Positions 37,132-46,546 of a stretch of DNA of 64,000 nt are shown piece by piece. Each line of letters begins with the position of its first letter. The stretch's first letter is position 1. The translations under genes were made by a program, and so were the position numbers. Below the pieces are notes generated by a model. It saw only the letters and a list, made by a program, of their open reading frames with translations, made no database searches and was not told the DNA's origin. This DNA comes from a virus (taxonomy: Duplodnaviria; Caudoviricetes), in the IMG/VR virus record IMGVR_UViG_3300021399_000166, positions 1,034 through 65,033 of that record, one strand, 5' to 3'.

Positions 37132-38349
37132 ATGGGAAAACAAGCAATCAAAAAAGGAACAGGAATCACAAAAAAAGCAGGTTTGGCTGCATTTAAAGAA
37201 AAAATAGGTCTTAATACAACACCTGAGAAGATTATCACAACTGTAAGTAATGCGAACAAACCACAGTCATGGATTTTAATGCCAAAGGCTATACAGGAAG
37301 CGACAAAATTACCAGGCGTCTGTGAAGGTACAGTATCCTCAATAATAGGTCATAGTAATGTAGGTAAGTCAACATTCATTAACCATGCAGTGACTTCGGC
37401 ACAGAGACAGGGCTTGATACCTGTAATAATAGACACTGAGAATTCATTCTCTTTCCAATATGCAAAGAGTATGGGCTTTAATGCAGAACCGATTTATGGT
37501 GACGTTGAAGTAGAAGATATTGACCCTGAGACAGGTGAAGTAACTGTTCATACTGAAAATCAGATAATTCATTGGGATGGAGATTTTATCTATTATAATA
37601 ATCATTTGCTGTGTGAACGTTTTGGCGATATTGACTATTCTAAAGGTGTTAAGACAAAGACAAAGCGCAAGATAGCAGTGGTCGAGGACGTGGCTTCTTG
37701 TATAAACGAGTTACTTGATGCACAGGACGATGGTGAAATTGAACAGGGTTTCCTTTTTGTGTGGGATAGTGTAGGTTCTATTGGCTGTTATAAGGAATAT
37801 AACAGTGGTGCGGGAAAAATAGGCAACCCCATGTGGACGGCTGCTGCTATCAGTGCAGCTTTTAACAATATTGTTAATGATAGAATACCAAGTTCACGTA
37901 AGACGACATCAAAATATAACAATACAATGTTGTATGTAAATAAGGTATGGCTAGATTCTATGTCAAATCCGGTTGGTCCTGCAATTATGCAGACAAAGGG
38001 TGGTAAATCACTAAAATATGCGACACGTTGTGAATTCCTTCTTGGTGGTCAGTTAACAAGTGGTGTAAAGAGACTTACCGCAACATATAAGGGCTTTACA
38101 TACAGTTATGGTATTGAAACCAAGATAAAGGTGCTTAAAAATCATCTTGATGCCCCCCATAATGTTTGTTATGAAGGGAAGTTGATTGCGACTGATACGG
38201 GTTTTGTTTCTCCTGACGATTTGGATACTTTCAAGAAAGAGCATATTTCACAAATTTTGAAGGAGTTGAACAAGATGAGTAATTCTACGGAAGAAATCAA
38301 AGCAGAAGATGTGGAGTTTGGTGAAACAGAGGATGAAGAAACAGCATAA
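37132..38349 (+). CDS. RecA/UvsX-like recombinase
   Basis: GHSNVGKST Walker A, IDTEN, VWDSVGS, GGKSL.Y. Confidence 0.85.
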   Translation: MGKQAIKKGTGITKKAGLAAFKEKIGLNTTPEKIITTVSNANKPQSWILMPKAIQEATKLPGVCEGTVSSIIGHSNVGKSTFINHAVTSAQRQGLIPVIIDTENSFSFQYAKSMGFNAEPIYGDVEVEDIDPETGEVTVHTENQIIHWDGDFIYYNNHLLCERFGDIDYSKGVKTKTKRKIAVVEDVASCINELLDAQDDGEIEQGFLFVWDSVGSIGCYKEYNSGAGKIGNPMWTAAAISAAFNNIVNDRIPSSRKTTSKYNNTMLYVNKVWLDSMSNPVGPAIMQTKGGKSLKYATRCEFLLGGQLTSGVKRLTATYKGFTYSYGIETKIKVLKNHLDAPHNVCYEGKLIATDTGFVSPDDLDTFKKEHISQILKELNKMSNSTEEIKAEDVEFGETEDEETA

Positions 38350-38363
38350 TAGGTAAATGTATT

Positions 38364-38408
38364 TTATGGTGACAGGATATTAAACACCTGTCATCATAAT
38401 TTGTTTTT
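38364..38408 (+). terminator. Intrinsic terminator after recombinase
   Basis: TTATGGTGACAGG...CCTGTCATCATAA then a T-rich tail. Confidence 0.7.
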
Positions 38409-38517
38409 ATATATGAGTGACGATGATATTTTCTTTACAGACGAGTCGAAATTGTTTGAATACTTAAAAAAAAAATAATGTTTTTTTGCAAAAAATACAG
38501 AAAAAGTTACAGAAAAA

Positions 38518-38551
38518 TTTGGTTAATTCAAAAAACGGTATTAATTTTGCA
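38518..38551 (+). promoter_or_regulatory. Bacteroidota sigmaA-type promoter
   Basis: TTTGG 38518 and TATTAATTTTGCA 38539-38551, nearly identical to the promoter at 24322. Confidence 0.75.
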
Positions 38552-38557
38552 GACAGA

Positions 38558-38730
38558 AAGAAAAACGAATTTGTTAAAAATTTTGTTAGAAAGAAAGAAT
38601 GTAGAGTTTGAAAGTAAGACTTAACTTACTAAGAACCTTGGAAGACCTACCAAGAGAAAATAACAGGTGAAGTCCGACGGGTAGTGCTGTGGACATTAGT
38701 CGGAGAAGCATTTAAACTCTATTTTTTTTA
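38558..38730 (+). ncRNA. Unidentified structured RNA (closing stem plus three hairpins)
   Basis: TAGAGTTTGAA/TTTAAACTCTA closing stem; hairpins AGTAAG/CTTACT, CTTGG/CCAAG, TCCGAC..TAGTG/CATTA-GTCGGA; promoter upstream, T-run downstream. Confidence 0.6.
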
Positions 38731-38789
38731 TTTAACAAAATCATAAATTAACAGTATATATTTTTTTAACTAAAAAAAAGAAAGAAAAA

Positions 38790-39107
38790 ATGAAAGTAAA
38801 ACTTATTAATGTTGCTGAGTATGATTTAAAGGAGGGAAAGGCAGACGAGATACCTTTTAATACCTTTAGTAATTTGTGTGGCAACAATGAAAAAATTGGT
38901 GAAAAGAAACTTCCGACGGTTCGTCTTTTTAAGAGCGTTGACGAGTTCAAGAATTTGACAGAAGATGAGAGACGAATGCTTGATGTGAGTGAAAATGTAA
39001 GGATACTCCCTAATGGTCAGTTTCTTGCGTTTCTTAGAGAGGAAAATAACAAAAAGATTGCTACCACAACTGAGACAGATGCCACAGCCGATACCAAAGA
39101 GAATTAA
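38790..39107 (+). CDS. Hypothetical protein
   Basis: 105-aa ORF downstream of the structured RNA. Confidence 0.65.
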   Translation: MKVKLINVAEYDLKEGKADEIPFNTFSNLCGNNEKIGEKKLPTVRLFKSVDEFKNLTEDERRMLDVSENVRILPNGQFLAFLREENNKKIATTTETDATADTKEN

Positions 39108-40245
39108 GGAAAACAAGCCCGAATTATGTAAACAGACCTTTAACACATTATTAGTTGACGGTTCAAATATATTGGAATTATCCTCACTTGGCGATAAGAC
39201 GATATCATCATCAGGTACTCAAATCGGTGGCATTTTCCAATTTTTTTTACAACTAAAGATGCTACTTCAAAAGGGCAATTTCCGTTATGTCTATGTATTT
39301 TGGGATGGAAATAATTCCGGAAATCTCCGTTATAATCTTAATAAAGAATACAAACTGAACCGAGACAAGGAATTTGAAGATGATGACCTCTCAGATTACA
39401 TGAAAGAAGTTAATAAGAAGATTTCTAATATGTATTCATACTTCAAGAAAAAGCAGAAAGACCCTGTTAAACTTGCGGAACAGAAGAAACACAAAGAAAT
39501 ATTTTATTGGCAGAGAGATATTATAATGGAAATGTTGGAGGAATTATTTATTAGGCAATGTGTTTGTGATAAAACAGAAGCCGATGACTTTATTGGATAT
39601 TATGTCTCGCATAAGAAGGACAATGAGCGCATTGTTATTGTATCGAATGATAGGGATTTGACACAACTTATATCAGATGATGTTATAGTTTATGTACAAT
39701 CTTTGAAAACATTTGTGAATACAAAGAATCATACTGACATAATGGGTTATAATTATCAGAATGTCGTGTTAAAGAAAATGCTTTGTGGGGATGCCTCTGA
39801 TAATATTAAAGGTATAAAGGGTTTGGGTGAAAAAACTTTGTTTAATAACTTTGAAGAGTTTAAAAAACGCAAGGTAACACTTGAAGAAGTAATCGAAAAG
39901 GCTTCAAAAATAAATGAGCAGAGAATTTCCGAGAAGAAAAAACCCTTAAAATGGGCTGAAAATATTGTAAATAGGGTTACAGATGGATGTCAAGGTGAAA
40001 AGATTTATGATATAAACGAAAAAATCATAGATTTACACAACCCGCTTATGACTAATGAAGCAAAGGATGTTATAGAGGGTATGATGTATGCCCCTATTGA
40101 CCCTACTGACAGAACAATGGAAAACTTATACAATATTATTGTAAAATATGATATAGATGCACTAAAAGACACTACAACATTTGGTAACTTTTTTTCTGAA
40201 TTTATGTATCTAATTGACAAGGAAAAGAAAAACCTACCTATTTAA
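39079..40245 (+). CDS. 5'-3' exonuclease/RNase H (T4 rnh / PolA N-terminal-like)
   Basis: LLVDGSN, WDG, Y.K.NR, EADD.I, SNDRDLTQL, GDASDNIKGIKGLGEKT; start taken at MPQ. Confidence 0.92.
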   Translation: MPQPIPKRIKENKPELCKQTFNTLLVDGSNILELSSLGDKTISSSGTQIGGIFQFFLQLKMLLQKGNFRYVYVFWDGNNSGNLRYNLNKEYKLNRDKEFEDDDLSDYMKEVNKKISNMYSYFKKKQKDPVKLAEQKKHKEIFYWQRDIIMEMLEELFIRQCVCDKTEADDFIGYYVSHKKDNERIVIVSNDRDLTQLISDDVIVYVQSLKTFVNTKNHTDIMGYNYQNVVLKKMLCGDASDNIKGIKGLGEKTLFNNFEEFKKRKVTLEEVIEKASKINEQRISEKKKPLKWAENIVNRVTDGCQGEKIYDINEKIIDLHNPLMTNEAKDVIEGMMYAPIDPTDRTMENLYNIIVKYDIDALKDTTTFGNFFSEFMYLIDKEKKNLPI

Positions 40246-40249
40246 TATG

Positions 40250-40282
40250 TTGATTATTTTTATGAAATAACCTATATTTACA
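40250..40282 (+). promoter_or_regulatory. Putative promoter for omegaRNA-like element
   Basis: TTGATT...TATATTTACA; the same -7 variant precedes 14033 and resembles the one before 35355. Confidence 0.5.
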
Positions 40283-40289
40283 TATAACC

Positions 40290-40483
40290 AACCACGGATA
40301 TCAGGGATTACTTTTACAAAGTAGTGTCCGAAGAACAATATTGTACCGTAGGAACTGCGGGAACTTACGCCTCAGGAGATATAACCTCTACATTGAGGGA
40401 AACCTTAATGCAAGCCGTGTCGCTGAATGAGGAAGAAGCCCCTTTTAGGTGGGGGTAGTTCACTTTGTATATTTATTTTATGT
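40290..40483 (+). ncRNA. Orphan IS200/IS605 TnpB omegaRNA-like scaffold plus putative guide
   Basis: Encodes a TnpB-tail-like peptide TVGTAGTYASGD; hairpins CCGTAG/CTGCGG and CATTGAGG-GAAA-CCTTAATG; CCTCA/TGAGG; TGAA/TTCA pseudoknot; right end GAAGCCCC..GGGGGTAGTTCAC at 40463; no tnpB in the window. Confidence 0.75.
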
Positions 40484-40506
40484 TTAACTTTTAAAAATAG
40501 TTTTTA

Positions 40507-41382
40507 ATGGAACAAAACAAAGTAATTAAAGAGAAGAGCAAGTTTGTTGATAACATTGCATATAAGAGCAAGTTTCAGTTTCTTATATGGGTGAATGAAA
40601 ATGTTATTTGCCAACGTTACTTTAAGATTAATGGTTTTAATGAGGATTCTATCTACAGTGCTGAATTTATTGACTGTATGAACGGTATAGTACGTTCAAT
40701 ACAAGAGGATTTGGAGAGTAAGAGTCGTGTATACTTGTGGTATACTAATACAGCACAGCCATTTAAGTTGCGTGGTTTCTTCACTATCGAAGAAGGAGAG
40801 AAGTATGGAGAAGAGTTTGTACGTGCAATGTGCAATGATGAGATAACAGGCGCAGTACAAGCACCTGATGGTAAGATTTTTACCAAGGAGTACATTTCCA
40901 TGTCTGATGAAGCACAAAATGATTTTGGGGAAACTCAACGTCCTTCTGATGGTGAAATTACATTTAAGTTTTCTTTTTTGATTGACGACAAACCTGTTTT
41001 TGAAAAAATATGGGATGGTAATGTATATCCTAAATTTGTGAGAAATGGTGTTGATTTGACAAACTCCTATGCCTCAAAGGATAACCATGATATTTCATCA
41101 CTCAGTTTTAACGCCGCAATCATACGTTATATGCAACGAGGAAAAAACAATCTTATAAGCGAGTTTATACGTCGTATTTGTGACACTCTTAGTAACACAT
41201 TTACTGAGAAGTATGAGTATACGAAGGAATTCGAAATGGGTGGCAAGAAATACAATTATCTTTCTGCTTATGAGAGTTACAAGAATTCATGGCGCAAGGC
41301 TGTACGCAAGAAGACACAGGAGTATTATGAGACACTTTATCCGTCACCACGTCAAATTGCATACATTGAAAAGCATTATTAA
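40507..41382 (+). CDS. Hypothetical protein
   Basis: 291-aa ORF between the exonuclease and the helicase. Confidence 0.75.
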   Translation: MEQNKVIKEKSKFVDNIAYKSKFQFLIWVNENVICQRYFKINGFNEDSIYSAEFIDCMNGIVRSIQEDLESKSRVYLWYTNTAQPFKLRGFFTIEEGEKYGEEFVRAMCNDEITGAVQAPDGKIFTKEYISMSDEAQNDFGETQRPSDGEITFKFSFLIDDKPVFEKIWDGNVYPKFVRNGVDLTNSYASKDNHDISSLSFNAAIIRYMQRGKNNLISEFIRRICDTLSNTFTEKYEYTKEFEMGGKKYNYLSAYESYKNSWRKAVRKKTQEYYETLYPSPRQIAYIEKHY

Positions 41383-41399
41383 AAAAAAACAATTAATAT

Positions 41400-41436
41400 T
41401 TGCCGTTTGAGTTTATAACTTGAACGGCAAGTTTTT
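41400..41436 (+). terminator. Intrinsic terminator
   Basis: TTGCCGTTTGAGT-ttata-ACTTGAACGGCAA-gTTTTT. Confidence 0.75.
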
Positions 41437-41468
41437 CAAAAATAATTTCTTTTAACATTTTTTTAACA

Positions 41469-42917
41469 ATGGCAAAAAATAATTTGGCAAAAATGGACTT
41501 AGGTTACTTAGGGGAAAATTATCAGTATAATTTGGTAAAATACCTTATAGAAACACCTAAATTTTTTGTTGCAATGTCTCCTATCATTGACCAAAACATG
41601 TTTACTGATGAACATTTAAGACGTATCGTGGGTATGATGAAGGATAGATATTCAAAATATGGCATTTGTCCTACATATGTAGATATTGATTGTTTGATAC
41701 GCACAACAGTAAACGATGCAGTCACCCTTGAATTAATGACAGAGAAACTTGATAGTCTCAAGAAAAAGAATTTTAATCTTGATGTTGAAATATTGGTTTC
41801 CAATGCTGAAAAATTCTTTAAGCAACAGAATTTGGCAAAAGCAATTAATAAGTGTACCGAAATTCTCAAACGAGGTAATGCTGACAGTTATTTTACGATG
41901 GAAGAACTGATTAAAAAAGCATTAGAGACTAATACAAATACAAATTTAGGTTTCCATTTGTTTGAAACTTTGGAGGAAGACCTTAAAGAAGATTATCGTT
42001 GTGCTATCCCTACGGGTGCTGATAAACTTGATGAAAGCCTTTATGGTGGTCTTGGCAAAGGTGAATTAGGTATCGTGGTTTCGCCTATGGGTGTGGGAAA
42101 GTCGAGTGCTACGACAGGTTTCTGTGCTCATGCAGCCACAACAAAGACAAAGGACAATAACGAAATGGGCTATAAGGTCTTACATTTCTTCTTTGAGGAT
42201 ACCGAAGTTGCAATAAGGAGAAAATATTACGGTTATGTCACAGATATTGATGCATGTGATTTGTCTGACCCGATAAATAAACCGATTGCAATGTCTATTC
42301 TAAAAGACAATAACAATGAATTGAGAAATATGTTAAGACAGAATGTTATTTGTCAACGTTTATCAACGGGTGAATATTCTGCAAGTGACATAAAATATTT
42401 GATTCAACAATATATAAGCCGAGGTTTTGTACCTGATATTGTCGTTATTGATTACTTTGAATGTCTGCGTCCTGAAAAAAACACAGATGGCTATCAGAAT
42501 AGTGAATGGACAAGGGAAGGTATAACAATGCGTAAATTGGAGACGTTGGCAAAGGAATTCAATATTGCATTGTGGGTTCCAGTTCAGAGTACCAAAGATG
42601 CAATAAACCAAGAGTATGTCGGTTTGAATCAGGCAGGTGGTAGTGTAAGAAAAACACAGATTGGTCATGTTGTGATACAATTGGCACAAACACCACAACA
42701 GAAGGAAGAACATAGACTAAATATGTTTATTGGTAAACTTCGTGCAGTAAAGATTGGTAGAACTTCTTTCCCTAATGTCAAATTTAATAACGGAACATGC
42801 AAATTTGACATGTCAGATATGGATTCAATTGATAACGAACCTATTGGTAATCAGGGAGGTAACGCCAATAAACAGTTTATTGAAAGGGCAAATGCAATTG
42901 CAAAGAATACAAAGTAA
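41469..42917 (+). CDS. DnaB/gp41-like replicative helicase
   Basis: GLGKGELG...PMGVGKS, VIDYFECL, W.P.Q, K.R. Confidence 0.9.
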   Translation: MAKNNLAKMDLGYLGENYQYNLVKYLIETPKFFVAMSPIIDQNMFTDEHLRRIVGMMKDRYSKYGICPTYVDIDCLIRTTVNDAVTLELMTEKLDSLKKKNFNLDVEILVSNAEKFFKQQNLAKAINKCTEILKRGNADSYFTMEELIKKALETNTNTNLGFHLFETLEEDLKEDYRCAIPTGADKLDESLYGGLGKGELGIVVSPMGVGKSSATTGFCAHAATTKTKDNNEMGYKVLHFFFEDTEVAIRRKYYGYVTDIDACDLSDPINKPIAMSILKDNNNELRNMLRQNVICQRLSTGEYSASDIKYLIQQYISRGFVPDIVVIDYFECLRPEKNTDGYQNSEWTREGITMRKLETLAKEFNIALWVPVQSTKDAINQEYVGLNQAGGSVRKTQIGHVVIQLAQTPQQKEEHRLNMFIGKLRAVKIGRTSFPNVKFNNGTCKFDMSDMDSIDNEPIGNQGGNANKQFIERANAIAKNTK

Positions 42918-43092
42918 TTTATTTAGTTGTTAAATAGTGTAATATGGTGGTTTTTTAAGGTAAAAAAAATTAAAAATTTTTTCTTTTTGATTATTAAAGA
43001 GTTATGATTTTTTAAGAATTTTTATAACGTTTTTTCAAAAATTAAAGACTACATATATTATACTAATAAATTTACAAAAATAATTTAATAAA

Positions 43093-43951
43093 ATGGAAGT
43101 AAAAAAAACCGATGGGTCTTTTGAGGAATATATTCCTGAAAAGATTGAGAAAAGTATTTGTGATGCTTTTTCTTCAGTTAATGACCAGTGTAACGAGGGG
43201 TTGCTTAAAATCTTGACAAAAAATCTTTTTGTCTATGATAAGATAAGTACACAAGAAATCAGAAGACAGGTTGAAGAAAACCTAATGTGCATTAATAAAA
43301 AGGCTGCTAAGGCGTATATTCAAAAGTACGATGACAGGAAGCATTTAAAAAAGGACGAAGATTTTATTAAGCAATATATTAATGCTTCAAACGCTTCAAC
43401 AGGTTCGAAATACGATTCAAATGCCAATGTAGGAAACAAAAACGTGGTTACTTTAGGACAAGAACTGCATAAGGGTAAAAATATTCAGCAGAATCGTTAT
43501 ATAATGCATAATAAAATTAAGACATTATATTCAAAAAAACTTGCTGACCAATACATAAAAGACCTCGAAAGCCATGTATTGTACAAGCACGATGAAAGTG
43601 GTACACCGGGATACCCCTACTGCGTTGCCATAACAATGTATCCTTTCCTTATTGATGGTTTAACAAAACTTGGTGGACAATCAACTGCCCCTACGGATTT
43701 GAAATCATATTGTGGTGAATTTATAAATTTGGTTTACTCTATTTCATCTCAGTTTATGGGGGCCGTGGCGACACCAGAGTACCTGATGTACATGGACCAC
43801 TTTATCAGAAAAGATTACGGTGATGATTATCTTAATAAACTTGACTTAAAGGTAGACCTAAGTAGAAAAGGAAGAACACTTGAAGAAGTAATTGAAAATT
43901 GTTTCCAACAAGTTGTGCATTCGATGAATATGCCAGCGGGAAACAGAGGGT
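43093..43951 (+). CDS. nrdD: Anaerobic ribonucleoside-triphosphate reductase, exon 1 (ATP cone)
   Basis: ATP cone VKKTDGS.E.Y...KI; YKHDE, PYCVAI, MN.PAGNRG; the apparent TAG stop is the 5' splice junction. Confidence 0.9.
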
Positions 43952-44943
43952 AGACTAGTGCCCTTACTGCGTTAAGAGTCTTATCGGACTCAGTTATGTA
44001 AGCAGCAATTCAATAATTGCATAAGCAAATAATACTTGCATAGCTTCGGGGAAGGTTTTATAAAATTAGTGTACTTTTTGGAACGATATATTATATATAT
44101 GCAAGTATGCATAAACAATTCTATAAAAATAATCCCGAACCAAATTAAATAATTATGTATGTATATCAAATTATTAATTCTTTAAACAATAAATCCTACA
44201 TATGAATAACTAACAATATTAAAAATCGTTTTGAATACCATAAAACTAGATACAATAAAACGAATAAAAAAGAATACATAGAAAAACCATTATATAAGGC
44301 ATTTAGAAAATATGGTATAAAAAATTTTAAGTTTATCGTTTTATTTGAAAATTTATCCGTAGAAGAAGCAAAAAATAAAGAAATTGAATTAATATCAGAA
44401 TTAAAAACATTGACCCACGAAAATGGATATAACGTAACAAAAGGTGGCGATTGGAGAAGTAATTGTGGGGAAAACAATAACACTACAATACTAAAAGAAC
44501 AAGATGTTATTGATATTAGACGAAGAATTGCCAACGGAGAAAATGTAAAAACTGTATATGAATCATATTCTGATAGAATAACGTTTAGTGGATTTCAAGG
44601 TATATATCTAGGGAGAAATTGGAAACATGTGGGAGGTATCATTAAAAACATTTTACCTAATGGGGCATCCATAAGTAAGGACACTGTTTTAAAGATTAGG
44701 AAAATGTATGAAGAAGACAGAAAAAATCCACACCAAATAGCAAAAGAACTTGGTTTGGAATATAAAAAATGTTGGAGAATTTGTAAAAGAGAAACATATA
44801 AAAATGTTTAATGTGTGTAGAGAGCATTTCCTTTGTAGGAAAGTATGTCCCTATTGATACGGGTACAGAAACACGCAGGCGTTTATGCGCAAAAGGTGCT
44901 CCACAGTATTAACTCAGTCATTCCAAGATTGATTAATGCTTTG
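43952..44943 (+). mobile_element. Group I intron (IA2-like) in nrdD
   Basis: P1 with U43951-G43960 wobble; P3 CTGCGT/ACGCAG; P7 GAGCAT/GTGCTC; P9 stem; terminal G; removal restores NRG-Y-QTVFWN in frame. Confidence 0.9.
44155..44811 (+). pseudogene. Intron-encoded GIY-YIG homing endonuclease with in-frame TGA
   Basis: MYVYQI.N..N.KSYI*ITN....R..H...E.E.I..GYN..GG; TGA at 44203 replaces the Gly of YIG; two GENN/HTH-like C-terminal repeats. Confidence 0.85.
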
Positions 44944-46262
44944 ACCAAACAGTATTCTGGAATATTGGTTATTTTGATAAAAATTACTTTGATGGTGTAT
45001 TCGGTGATTTTGTATTCCCTGATGGAACTAAACCAAAATGGGAAACTTTATCATGGTTACAGAAAAAATTCATGAAATGGTTTAATGAAGAAAGAACAAA
45101 ATATATCCTGACATTCCCTGTGGAAACTATGGCTATGTTGACAGACGGTCATGACATCGTTGATAAGGAGTATGCAGATTTCACATCAGAGATGTGGGCT
45201 GAAGGACATTCATTCTTCTGTTATCTTAGTGATTCACCTGATAGCCTCAGCTCGTGTTGTCGTTTACGTAACTCATTGAAAGACAGCAACTTAGATGAAG
45301 AACACAACCATACTACACATCAATTCTCAATGGGAACTGCTTCTGTTGCGACAGGTTCAAAGAGTGTGATGACAATAAATTTGAATCGTGTAATACAGGA
45401 TGCGACAAGAAAGTATGCAAAAGAAATTGAAAATGTTGAAATCAGTGATGGTACACAGTTTGAGGTTAAAAAGGCTGTTTATAAAGAAAAACTTTATGAA
45501 TATATTTCAAATGAGATAACAAGTTTGACTGAAAGGGTGCATAAATATCAAAGGGCATTTAATGAAATATTGAAAGATTTCTATAATAGTAATATGTTGG
45601 ATGTTTATAGTGCAGGTTTTATTTCTTTGAAGAAACAATATCTCACTGTTGGTGTTAACGGTCTGACTGATGCTGCGGAATTTCTTGGTTTGGAGGCAAA
45701 TCTGAATGAAGAATATAATTATTTTGTAAATGTCATACTTGAAACAATAAATAAGTCTAATAAGAAAGACAGAACGAAGGAATGTATGTATAATACAGAA
45801 TTTGTACCAGGTGAAAATCTTTCGAATAAGAATTATAATTGGGACAAAAAGGATGGTTATTACGTATCACCAAAGCATGTAATGTACAGTAGTTATTTCT
45901 TTAATCCTGAAGACAGTTCATTATCTATATTGGACAAGATGAAACTTCATGGCGAAAATTTTGTTAAGTATCTTGATGGTGGACAAGCGGCGCATTTGAA
46001 TTTGAACGAGCATCTTTCATTCAATCAGTACCGAGAATTACTTAAAGTCGCTTCTCAAAATGGGTGTAGTTATTTCACATTTAATGTCAAGAATTCAGTC
46101 TGCAATGATTGTGGGTACATTAGTAAAGATACCCTTGACACCTGTCCTAAATGTGGAAGTCATAACATAGATTATCTGACAAGAATAATCGGTTATCTGT
46201 CTAGGGTGTCATGTTTCGCAGAAGCACGTCAGGTAGAAGAAAAAATGAGATATTATTCATAA
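44944..46262 (+). CDS. nrdD: Anaerobic ribonucleoside-triphosphate reductase, exon 2
   Basis: QTVFWN, LTFPVET, SSCCRL, CNDC/CPKC Zn site, TRIIGY glycyl-radical motif; spliced product 725 aa. Confidence 0.92.
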
Positions 46263-46288
46263 TAATTAATAAAAAAAACATAATTAAA

Positions 46289-46546
46289 ATGAGAGTTATA
46301 AAATTTGGAAGTAAAACCTGTGGTCCTTGCCGAATGGTAGACCAACGTCTTGATAAGTTCAACAAATGTGAGGTAATCAAGTATGATATTGATGACGACG
46401 AGATAGACGACCTTTTGGAAAAGTACAATATCAGAAACATACCTGTAACGATACTCACAGATGACAATGATAATGAGATACAGAGATGGGTCGGAATTTT
46501 CGATATAAATGAGTTAAATAACAAAATAATGGGAACAGATGCTTAA
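46289..46546 (+). CDS. Thioredoxin-like protein
   Basis: KFGSKTCGPC, Y.IRNIP..I; start at MRVIKF. Confidence 0.85.
   Translation: MRVIKFGSKTCGPCRMVDQRLDKFNKCEVIKYDIDDDEIDDLLEKYNIRNIPVTILTDDNDNEIQRWVGIFDINELNNKIMGTDA

Noticed and set aside
38413-38478. 21-aa small ORF MSDDDIFFTDESKLFEYLKKK
   Set aside because: It lies just after a terminator with no supporting promoter or recognisable homology.
40250-40463. Autonomous IS605 element with TTGAT target site
   Set aside because: No tnpA or tnpB ORF; TTGAT doubles as the upstream promoter element, so a left end cannot be supported.
37132-42917. Inteins in the recombinase or helicase
   Set aside because: Protein lengths are normal and no C/S...HN-C/S/T splice motifs or LAGLIDADG blocks were seen.
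44203-44205. TGA recoding
   Set aside because: This is the only in-frame TGA noticed, it sits at a Gly position, and TGA is a normal stop elsewhere (27093, 47015, 62319).
44845-45075. Listed 76-aa ORF, and a separate gene starting at 45072
   Set aside because: The first overlaps the intron core and exon 2 out of frame; the second is an internal Met of nrdD exon 2.
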